A DNA stretch of 64,000 bases, from NCBI RefSeq assembly GCF_032154715.1, contig NZ_JALDXU010000006.1, positions 2,399 to 66,398 on the forward strand, given 5' to 3'. Position 1 is the first letter of the stretch; each line of letters begins with the position of its first letter. The position numbers and the translations under genes are program-made. Shown piece after piece: positions 37,123-44,856 of the stretch. The notes under the pieces are model-generated. The model was not told the DNA's origin and searched no databases. It saw only the letters and a list, made by a program, of their open reading frames with translations. This stretch comes from Citricoccus sp. (lineage in GTDB: Bacteria > Actinomycetota > Actinomycetes > Actinomycetales > Micrococcaceae).

Positions 37123-38831
37123 CGGGCCGCTCCGGAGAGGTCTGCGGTGGCGTTGCCAGCAGGGTCGGCGGCCGGCGCCGCCTCCGGCTGGCGCGCCGGT
37201 ACCGCCTCGGTTGATCGCTGCGGTGGGGCCGCTGCTTCCGGTTCGAGCCGCGTGGCCTGCTCGAAGAACTCGAGCTCGTGCCGGCAGGCGATCAGGTAGG
37301 CGCGGGCCGCGGCGGCGCGCACCGTCGGGGAGGCTCCGGCGAACTCGTGCTCCACCTGCTCCAGGGCGCCCTGCACGGCCGCGACAAAGCCGGGATCCCG
37401 GTAGGTATCCAGCCAGGCGGCGTACGGGTGGTTCGCTGGGACGTCCGGAATCGCGCCACCGACCTGAGCGTAGAGCCAGAAGCACGGCAGCACGGCGGCG
37501 GCCCCCACGGCCCGGTCCTCGCCGAGCGTGGTGGCGAGAAGGAAGTCCGTGTAGGCACTGGTCACGGGGCTGGCGGTAGTGCGGGCAGCCTCGGGCCGGG
37601 CCGCAATCCACGTGCGGTGCAGGTCCGCTTCCTCGGTGATGGCACCGGTGGAGGCCTGAAACCAGAACTGCTGCGACTCGGTGCTGGAGGAACGCGCGGC
37701 GAGGGCGGCCAGGGCACGGGCGTAGCGGTTGAGGTAGAGCGCATCCTGGGCCAGGTAGAACGTGAAATCGGCCTCGGACAGGCTGCCCTCCACCAGGGCC
37801 TGCACGAAGTCAGACGCCCCGATGGCCATCGTGGTCTCCGTGCCCGCCTCCCAGAGGGCAGCGGTCCAGGGGCCGACCGGTGCAACAGCGGGCGTTGCGG
37901 TGGCCGGCACGTGGGACGTGCGGCTCCGGTCTCGCTGGATGTCGGGATCCCGCGGGGCACCCAAGTCCTGAGGGGCCTCGAGTACGGGCGGGACGGGGTC
38001 GTAGGCCAACCAGGGGTTGGCGGCGCCGGCGGCCTGCAGCCGGCGTGAGCGGTGGGAATGGTCCACGGGGCCATGGCCGGAGCCGAGCTGCAGGGCTGCG
38101 CCGTGGAGGATGGCCTCGTGCAGCCAGTAGGTGGCCCAGGCAAGCGCAGCTTCCGGGGTGTCACCGCGGCCAAGGCGGGTGGCCAGAGCCGAGGACAGGG
38201 AGCAGCCGGTGCCATGGGTGCTGGTGGTGTCCACGCGGGTGGAGGGCACCGGGAGAAGGGTTCCGTCCGGGCCGACCCAGGTGTTCGTGACCCGCCGCCC
38301 ATCCAGGTGCCCGGTCTTCACGACGACGGCCACGCCCGTCTCGGCGGACCAGCGGGCGGCCTGGTCGAGCGCCTCCTCCTCGGTGGTCGCGCGGGGTTGG
38401 CCGGTGAGGACGGCGAGCTCGTCGATATTGGGAGTGACCACGGTGGCGCGGCGGCAGAAGGCGACCATGGCCTGCTCGGCCTCGGGCTGCAGGAGCCGGT
38501 CGCCGCTGGTGGCGATCATGACCGGATCCACCACGAGGATGCTCGGTGGGTTCTGTTCCAGCCATTCGGAGACCGTGGCGATGATGTCCGCGGTGCCGAG
38601 CATGCCGGTCTTGACGGCCTCGAGGGTGACGTCGTCGCTTACGGCGTGCAGCTGCGCGGCGAGGAACTCGGCGGGTGGGACGTGGAGGTCCCGCACGCCG
38701 TGGGTGTTCTGGGCGACGAGGGTCGTCACCACGCTCATGCCGTAGCCACCGGCCGCGGTGATCGACTTGAGGTCCGCGGCGGTGCCGGCACCCCCGGTCG
38801 GGTCGGTCCCAGCGATGGAGAGCACGCGGGG
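37119..38831 (-). CDS. thiD: bifunctional hydroxymethylpyrimidine/phosphomethylpyrimidine kinase ThiD fused to a TenA-like (thiaminase II) domain
   Basis: The N-terminal half is VLSIAGTDPTGGAGTAADLK...THGTGCSLSSA (ThiD). The C-terminal half is TenA/haem-oxygenase-like (FVQALVEGSL...FYLAQDALYLNRY). The track start, GTG at 38894, abuts the riboswitch P1, so I prefer the GTG at 38831 just before VPRVLSIAG. Confidence 0.8.
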   Translation of the reverse strand, partial: PRVLSIAGTDPTGGAGTAADLKSITAAGGYGMSVVTTLVAQNTHGVRDLHVPPAEFLAAQLHAVSDDVTLEAVKTGMLGTADIIATVSEWLEQNPPSILVVDPVMIATSGDRLLQPEAEQAMVAFCRRATVVTPNIDELAVLTGQPRATTEEEALDQAARWSAETGVAVVVKTGHLDGRRVTNTWVGPDGTLLPVPSTRVDTTSTHGTGCSLSSALATRLGRGDTPEAALAWATYWLHEAILHGAALQLGSGHGPVDHSHRSRRLQAAGAANPWLAYDPVPPVLEAPQDLGAPRDPDIQRDRSRTSHVPATATPAVAPVGPWTAALWEAGTETTMAIGASDFVQALVEGSLSEADFTFYLAQDALYLNRYARALAALAARSSSTESQQFWFQASTGAITEEADLHRTWIAARPEAARTTASPVTSAYTDFLLATTLGEDRAVGAAAVLPCFWLYAQVGGAIPDVPANHPYAAWLDTYRDPGFVAAVQGALEQVEHEFAGASPTVRAAAARAYLIACRHELEFFEQATRLEPEAAAPPQRSTEAVPARQPEAAPAADPAGNATADLSGAAR

Positions 38832-38884
38832 CACCGAGCGTGCGGCGGGCAGGGCGGGGCTGGGCTGAAGTTGGGTAGGGCAAG

Positions 38885-38985
38885 AAGAAGTCACGCGGAC
38901 ATCCCTTCGCTAGTACGAGCTAGATCAGGTTCCACGGGTTTGATCTCAGCGCCAGCCGACGCACCCCGTGTCCACGAGCCAGTGT
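38885..38985 (-). promoter_or_regulatory. TPP (THI-box) riboswitch upstream of thiD/tenA-MFS-thiM
   Basis: This is a near-identical paralogue of the thiE riboswitch, with the same GGGGUGC, CUGAGA, ACCUGAUC and GCGAAGGGAUGUCC blocks. Confidence 0.85.
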
Positions 38986-39450
38986 AGGCCAGGTCCCCCG
39001 ATGGCCGTCGGCTTCCCATCGCACTTGACCCCCACGTAGGCGGTTTGGCCCAGATCCTTGATTTCCAGGGTTCTCTGCCCCTCAAACCGCCCTATTCACG
39101 TCATGGATTGCATGGTTTGCCTGCATCAGGTCCCGGCCAGGTCCCGACTCTTGGCAGCCGACCACTGATCCCTTGGGGGTTACGTGGGGTTTATGGAAGC
39201 GTGGCGGGAAACTCCGCAATGGAAAGGTGCGCGCGACCATCGCGCATAGCCACCTTCCCTCGGCGATGTGCCGCTGAGGGGAGGGGCCGCACTCAACCTA
39301 CGAGAAATCACCGCAGGTCTTGCACGAGTTTGGGAACCGCTCGCCGATGTTGGAGGTAGCCTCGGTCCAGAGCGCTACAACGGCGAGTTCCGATCGGACT
39401 CGTGCTCCGTCAGAGTCATGAGTCGCAAGAACTAGTCCTGCTCGGCAGAA

Positions 39451-40782
39451 TTACTTACCAACTCGAACCAATGCGGCAAAATCTGCCGACTCGGTTGCAT
39501 GCGTCTGCGCCCAACATGTAGCGAGCACCGTCAGAACGTGCGGTCTGCCATATGCCTCGCCCAACCGATTCACCCAGTCATGGGCGTCCTCCCCCTCAAG
39601 GTCATCGAGCTTTCGCTGAAGCTCAGCCTCATCGACACGTAGAGCCTCGGCAAGCGCGGTCGGGTCATCCTTGAGTGTTCGGAAGAGCTCGTCCGGGTCG
39701 TCGTTACTCGGCAGAAAATGAAGCGGCCAGCGACCCTTTATTGGCGCATCGGACAGCTCTCCCCTTTGATCACCGTCAGGGACCACGGCGAACGCTAACT
39801 CGGGCCCGGGAGGCCGAGGCAGGCTGCCGCGGAGGGGGGTCATATACCCATTGCCGTCGCCCCAGACGAGTGAAGTGGTCTTGGAGAGCACGCGATCGCC
39901 CTGGTCGAGCAAGGCACGGCAGAGGTACCAGGCCGACTCGTCCTCGACGAATAGAACGCGCTCTATCGGTGGTCTCGCCAGCAAAGTGTCGGCGATTGTG
40001 GGGTCGTCCTGAGAGTGGAACCCGCCTGTCGACCCGCCAGCGCCCATGCGCAGAAGCAGAAACGCGCCATGATCTACCGCCGACGAGATCATTTCTTCCG
40101 AATGTGTCGAAATGACCATACGCCAGCCGCGCTGCTGACAGATTGTCAGAAGTCGCGAAAGAAGGCGTTCGACACCGATCGGAGGCAGGTACGCGTCAGG
40201 CTCGTCCAGGAGCAAGGTCAGGTTCTTGTGGTTCTTGAACTGTTCGAGGATCCAGAGCAAAAAGTGGACCGAGAACTCACCGAGACCCATATCGAGTGCG
40301 TCGTACTCGATCCCGGCATAACTGACCGTGAAATACGGAGTTAGCGGATCATCTTCTGGGCCGCCGCCCCACCGGAACTTCGCCGCGATTTCCCCGTCCT
40401 CCGGACCAACGTCGAGCGCGTACCAGTCGACCGACTCGTAATCGCGGCCGACCACCCTTCGCACGTCTTTTAGCCTCTTATCATCAGGGCCAAGTCTGCC
40501 AAGCTCGTCCTTCATTTCCTCTAGATTCGAGAGCGATCTGAGAACGATGAGCGCTTGTTCACACAGATGATGCAGATCCAGGTAGAGCCCGTCGTCTCCT
40601 AAGCTCGAGGCGATGGACCGTAGCAATCGCGATTTACCTGATCCATTTCGTCCGCCAAGGACGGTGCATGGGCGGGAAAGGTCGATGGCACTTGTGGCAC
40701 CAATGTCCAATAGGTTCGGCTTCGCTCGTCTGTGTGCGGTCTGAAGCTCGTGCCAGACGAGCAGTTCCTTGGCTCGTCTCAT
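39451..40782 (-). CDS. ABC-type (AAA_15/21-like) ATPase fused to a putative TOPRIM domain (OLD-family-like nuclease)
   Basis: Walker A is VLGGRNGSGKS, Walker B is LTLLLDEPDAYL and the H-loop is ISTHSEE. The C-terminal region has ERVLFVEDES ... FAVVPDGDQRGE, which fits a TOPRIM Glu and DxD. The ATG overlaps the upstream stop (ATGA). Confidence 0.7.
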   Translation of the reverse strand: MRRAKELLVWHELQTAHRRAKPNLLDIGATSAIDLSRPCTVLGGRNGSGKSRLLRSIASSLGDDGLYLDLHHLCEQALIVLRSLSNLEEMKDELGRLGPDDKRLKDVRRVVGRDYESVDWYALDVGPEDGEIAAKFRWGGGPEDDPLTPYFTVSYAGIEYDALDMGLGEFSVHFLLWILEQFKNHKNLTLLLDEPDAYLPPIGVERLLSRLLTICQQRGWRMVISTHSEEMISSAVDHGAFLLLRMGAGGSTGGFHSQDDPTIADTLLARPPIERVLFVEDESAWYLCRALLDQGDRVLSKTTSLVWGDGNGYMTPLRGSLPRPPGPELAFAVVPDGDQRGELSDAPIKGRWPLHFLPSNDDPDELFRTLKDDPTALAEALRVDEAELQRKLDDLEGEDAHDWVNRLGEAYGRPHVLTVLATCWAQTHATESADFAALVRVGK

Positions 40783-41930
40783 GCGGACGCATCCCGATTA
40801 ACGATCGGGTTCCCCCAGTCAGACTGCTCGATAAACGTCGAAATGGAGCCCTGGACGTGATTGGTCGGACTCCCCTGAAATTGGCGTAGCAGGCTGTCCG
40901 AACCACGCTTGGGCAGCGTGTTGAACTCGTGCTGCGACACCAGATGAATCACCAGGTCACGAATCAGAACGGATGATACGTCGGTCACGCGATACGACGC
41001 GCGATCATCATAGAGCGCCGCGAGAGGGCCCAGGAAGTCGGTGTTGTCGTCCTCGCGCGCCTCGAGACGCAGTTCCTCAAACCGAGCAAGAAGATCGTCG
41101 GGTATCGGGCCAGTATCAGCGGGAGCCCACGCGCAGTACACCAGCCACGTCTGCAGGGTTCCCTTGTTGAATCGGACTCGGATCGGCGTCCGATCGATGA
41201 GTTCAAGCAGCCGAGCTGCCGCTGATCGGACACCAGAGATCGTCGCCTCGTCGAACGCTCCACTTCGATACTGCGCTTCGACCACGTTGTTGTTGATGTG
41301 CCGCCGCATGTCGTCAAGCTGCAGCGCCACGCAGGCTCGTGCGATGACGTCGTCATAGGCGAGCCGGCTATTGCTGAAACCGATGCGCTCCTTCGTCAGT
41401 AGACCGCTCACCTTGAGTTCTTCAACCAGTTCCTTAACCTGATCTCGCGCTTCGCCATGGAGGGCGTTGCGTTTCTCAGGTGGGGTTAGGTTGTACGACT
41501 GATTTAGCCTGAAGAAGAGCTCGTTTGGCTCCTGCGGCTCATAATCGTCTAATTTGATCACGGAAATCGAAAAACTGTTCACTGCGCGCCGAACCTCGGA
41601 TGGGAGCTTTTCATACGTCAAGCCATCGAGTCGCTGTATTCGCTCATCAGGAGGCTCTGTAGACCCGTTTACCTTGATTTTGTTCGCGAAGAAGTCGCGG
41701 ATCGCAGCCAGCCGCTGCTGTCCATCCAGCACCACATCTCCGCCCTCCGAGTCCACAACGATGTGGATCGCGGGCACGTACCAATCGCGCAGGACAGTAT
41801 CGATCAACCGTTGGCGCCGCGGGGTATCCCAGATTTCGTCGCGCTGAAAGTCCGGTTGAAGATCAAGCTCACCATCCCGAATGCGTCGCACCAACGACTC
41901 AAGGTCAGGATCTGACTTTGTAAGTCTCAC
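40779..41930 (-). CDS. DUF262 (ParB/GmrS-like) domain protein lacking a DUF1524/His-Me nuclease domain
   Basis: The N-terminal signature is DLQPDFQRDEIWDTPRRQRLIDTVL...VVLDGQQRLAAIRDFF. The C-terminal 250 aa or so look helical with no HNH-like motif that I can see. The GTG start has an AAGGAG RBS. Confidence 0.8.
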   Translation of the reverse strand: MRLTKSDPDLESLVRRIRDGELDLQPDFQRDEIWDTPRRQRLIDTVLRDWYVPAIHIVVDSEGGDVVLDGQQRLAAIRDFFANKIKVNGSTEPPDERIQRLDGLTYEKLPSEVRRAVNSFSISVIKLDDYEPQEPNELFFRLNQSYNLTPPEKRNALHGEARDQVKELVEELKVSGLLTKERIGFSNSRLAYDDVIARACVALQLDDMRRHINNNVVEAQYRSGAFDEATISGVRSAAARLLELIDRTPIRVRFNKGTLQTWLVYCAWAPADTGPIPDDLLARFEELRLEAREDDNTDFLGPLAALYDDRASYRVTDVSSVLIRDLVIHLVSQHEFNTLPKRGSDSLLRQFQGSPTNHVQGSISTFIEQSDWGNPIVNRDASA

Positions 41931-42020
41931 AGGTCTCCTTATAAGAGTGCTGACGCCTCGATGCCATCAATCCTAGAGACTTCGGCGCCGAGCGAACGGG
42001 GCTTGCTTGCTTCGGGCGAG

Positions 42021-43130
42021 TCAGCCAGAGTCGATAACTTTTTCCTGGGGTTGAGCGTTTGCGCGGCGAGCGCGAGCATCAACGTGCATGTTGACTGGAG
42101 TTGCCTCAATCACGCGCCTGACCATTTCAGCGATGAAATGATCCGGGCGCAGGTCAGCAGGGACTCTCTCCCAGGGAAGATGCACGCGAGGAAGGCTCTC
42201 CAGTGCAGCGTCGACTTCAGACTGTTCAACCTGCTCTTCGGCCTCGTCCTCCACTTCTTCACCGTCGTGCACACCAGCCTCTGCGAGTGGGTCCTCACCA
42301 TCACCTTGATCGTCGTCTACCTTCTCTACGGCGAGATGGCTTCCGTACTCGATAACGATGAGGGACACAGCGTGGTAGGCGTCATCTTCTCGTCCAAGTT
42401 TCTGGAGGAGGTCGATGAGCCACTCGGCCTTGTCGGGCGACTCGTCGAAGATGGTGGATCGGAGCCCGTAGACGAAGCCGAGTGCGGCGAGGGGGTGGCG
42501 CAGGCGGAGGTTCTTCGCGTCGCCGTAGGATTCTTCGACCCGGTTGGCGGCGTTCTTACCGAAGCTGGAGTCCATCCGTTTTGTGCTGATGAGGAGCTCT
42601 GGTCCTGCTGCCCAGTTCGACATGACGACGTCGACCTGCTTGAGGTAGTTCTTGCCAAGGATGTTCGCCGAGGATGCGGCTGCTCCGGTAGGTGGTGTCT
42701 TTGCTTGAAGTCTCTTCCAGAGCGCGTCCCGTTCTTTGGCTGTGACTTTGTTGAGCAGGCTCACGATGGGGCTAGGCAAGATTCGCGGCGCCGAAGGACG
42801 CGGCCAAGCGGCGTCAGCATCGAACCCGGAGCGACGGAGCTCATACGAAAGCCAGACGTCCAACGCGAGAGCGGGTACGCCCGTCGTAGTGGGGGCTTTC
42901 AGGTAGAGCGGGACACCCAGAAGCTTGATGAGTGTGTCATAGTCGGGCTCATAAGAGAGAGCTCCGCTCTCGTCTTTAACCCAAGGGTTACTGTGCTCCC
43001 CGCTGGGAGCGGCATCAGCGACGATGCGATCAAAGATCGCCCACGCTTTCGCCTTAGTCGATGGTTCAGCGGCCACTTCGTCCCCTTGCTTGGCGTCGGC
43101 CAGCCAGGGCGGCGTGGGCGTCTCGCACAT
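42021..43130 (-). CDS. putative type II restriction endonuclease (PD-(D/E)xK-like) with an acidic C-terminal extension
   Basis: The gene lies immediately downstream of the methyltransferase, overlapping it on the same strand. A candidate catalytic stretch is VDVVMS...PELLISTKR...RVEESYGD. The start is uncertain (GTG 43211, ATG 43130, or GTG 43076 with an AAGGGG RBS). Confidence 0.5.
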   Translation of the reverse strand: MCETPTPPWLADAKQGDEVAAEPSTKAKAWAIFDRIVADAAPSGEHSNPWVKDESGALSYEPDYDTLIKLLGVPLYLKAPTTTGVPALALDVWLSYELRRSGFDADAAWPRPSAPRILPSPIVSLLNKVTAKERDALWKRLQAKTPPTGAAASSANILGKNYLKQVDVVMSNWAAGPELLISTKRMDSSFGKNAANRVEESYGDAKNLRLRHPLAALGFVYGLRSTIFDESPDKAEWLIDLLQKLGREDDAYHAVSLIVIEYGSHLAVEKVDDDQGDGEDPLAEAGVHDGEEVEDEAEEQVEQSEVDAALESLPRVHLPWERVPADLRPDHFIAEMVRRVIEATPVNMHVDARARRANAQPQEKVIDSG

Positions 43131-44721
43131 GGTCGAGTTCTGATTCTGTAATGACGCCGGAGCCAACGAGCACGACGCTATCGACGAGCTTGACCGCCGC
43201 GATGAGGTCACCTTGTTGGAGGAGCTTCGTAACGTCTGGCTTGATCAAGCGCAGCTGCTCTGCACAAGTCTGGACATGTGCAGGTGAGGGCATCGCCCAA
43301 ACGTCAGCCTCGCGTGGCTCAAGTTTGAGTATCCCTCCCCCATACGAGCGCCCCACCATTTCGGCGTTGAGAAGAGTCACCGAGTTAAGGCTCGCGATCG
43401 GTAGAAGCTCGCGCCCCAATTCCCGGTGTTGATCGTCGAGGTAGACGCCGTGGACCGAGTTGAGGTGGTGCGCGCCTGCCGTGTTCGTCGTCAGCCGAGG
43501 CGTGTCCGCGTTCATGCACGTCAGCAGCAAGTCGGCAGGTTTCAGCAGCGGCACTCGGTACCACGGCTTCCGCACTCGGCACTTGTATGCTTCGTCAACA
43601 CCTGCGAGGTGTCCGGCGTCGATGTATGCCTGCGCAGCTGGAGACGGCCTGTCAGCTGGGCGGAACAGCCAGGTAGATTTGCCTTGTTGCCCGAGCTTGA
43701 TCATCGCACTGTTGGAGAGTTCAAGCCCTCTGAGATGGGAACTACCAGGCGGCGAAAGCCGAACAAGGTCTTTGCGAGGCAGACCGAGCTCTTTGACTCG
43801 TGCCGGGGAGAGGGCGAAATAGCGATTATTGCCAGTGACCATTCCGAGAGTGGTGTCACCCCAGGCGTCGAGGCTTGTGAAGTGACCTTCTGCTCGGAGC
43901 GTACGAAGAGGTTCTACCGCGTCCGGGTCCACCAGCAACCCTGTCCATTTCGCTGATGGGTCGGAAGGCGTCCAAGTGAGCGAACCGCTAAGCGATGCAA
44001 GCGCCTCGGCGTCTTGTGCTTGGTAGATCGTTGCGTGATCGGTTGGCCCCTCGTTGAAGCCGTCTGCGAGGAGTAACACGACATCGGCTTCCGCCTCAGG
44101 GAAAACTTGCTCAGCGAAAAGAACAAGTTCAACGCTGCGGAATCGGTCAAAGAGGAACTGTCGAACCGCTGCAGCGTAGTTCACGCTGAGAAGCTCTGCG
44201 GGGAGCACAAGGCCCATCCGTCCACCGTCTTTCAAGAAGAGGGCGGAGTGGACCGTGAAAGCGGCCCAGCTTGATGCCAGCGCAGTCAGAGAGACACCGG
44301 CTTTCAGAGCCGCTGCGCGTGACCGGGTTCGGGAATCGCCACTGAAATCCTGGTAGCGAATGTATGGCGGGTTGCCGACCACGACCGAGTAACGGGGCTG
44401 TGGCTCGACGAGAAAGAAGTCGCTGACCGTGATATTCGGGTTTCCACCGGCTTCCTCAACCCGACGGTGCGCGACCGCGGCACTGTGCGCGTGAATCTCG
44501 ACACCGTCTACAGAGGGCGCGCTAGAGCCGTTCTCGTGGAGACGGCGCACTGCTTGGACGAGAAAAGCGGCATCACCGGTAGAGGGTTCGAGGACGGAGT
44601 CTGTCGAGCTCCGGATCGCCCAGTCAGTCACATAGCGCGTTATCGCCTCGGGCGTGAAGAACGCGCCACGAGCTTTGCGCAGTTCTGCCGTGTCGGCAGG
44701 AGTGGCGGCGGTTTCAAGCAT
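43066..44721 (-). CDS. N6-adenine DNA methyltransferase, gamma class (Eco57I/TaqI-like with C-terminal target recognition domain)
   Basis: The motif order is X-I-IV: GAFFTPEAI, VLEPSTGDAAFL, VVGNPPYIRY. The C-terminal domain contains RSYGGGILKLEPRE. The start is set at MLETAAT (ATG at 44721). Confidence 0.85.
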   Translation of the reverse strand: MLETAATPADTAELRKARGAFFTPEAITRYVTDWAIRSSTDSVLEPSTGDAAFLVQAVRRLHENGSSAPSVDGVEIHAHSAAVAHRRVEEAGGNPNITVSDFFLVEPQPRYSVVVGNPPYIRYQDFSGDSRTRSRAAALKAGVSLTALASSWAAFTVHSALFLKDGGRMGLVLPAELLSVNYAAAVRQFLFDRFRSVELVLFAEQVFPEAEADVVLLLADGFNEGPTDHATIYQAQDAEALASLSGSLTWTPSDPSAKWTGLLVDPDAVEPLRTLRAEGHFTSLDAWGDTTLGMVTGNNRYFALSPARVKELGLPRKDLVRLSPPGSSHLRGLELSNSAMIKLGQQGKSTWLFRPADRPSPAAQAYIDAGHLAGVDEAYKCRVRKPWYRVPLLKPADLLLTCMNADTPRLTTNTAGAHHLNSVHGVYLDDQHRELGRELLPIASLNSVTLLNAEMVGRSYGGGILKLEPREADVWAMPSPAHVQTCAEQLRLIKPDVTKLLQQGDLIAAVKLVDSVVLVGSGVITESELDHVRDAHAALAGRRQARGRSGR

Positions 44722-44856
44722 GCTTCCATTCTGCCGCACACCCCCGACAGACACGGGGATGCTGCTCAGCATGGTGTGCTCTCGCCAGCAGGAAACCACC
44801 AGATTGCGTGACGAAACACGCCAGTTAGCGCGCGCTGGCCCCGGTCGGTCGTGCCA

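Noticed and set aside
39045-39359. A 104-aa ORF in the left island junction.
   Set aside because: It has no RBS, an Arg/Pro/Gly-rich product and no recognisable family. It is probably non-coding.
40779-41930. Assigning the DUF262 protein as a complete GmrSD/BrxU/SspE-type type IV restriction enzyme, or as DndB/SspB of a phosphorothioation system.
   Set aside because: No DUF1524/His-Me motif is visible in the C-terminal half. No dndACDE/sspACD-like cysteine desulfurase or PAPS-reductase genes occur in the window.
41961-43151. A 396-aa plus-strand ORF exactly mirroring the 396-aa minus-strand ORF (putative REase).
   Set aside because: A mirrored full-length ORF is unusual in this less GC-rich island, so I checked it. 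The plus-strand product is Cys/Val/Gly-rich, lacks motifs and has no RBS. The minus-strand ORF is co-oriented and overlapping with the methyltransferase and carries a PD-(D/E)xK-like stretch. I kept the minus strand, but only at confidence 0.5.
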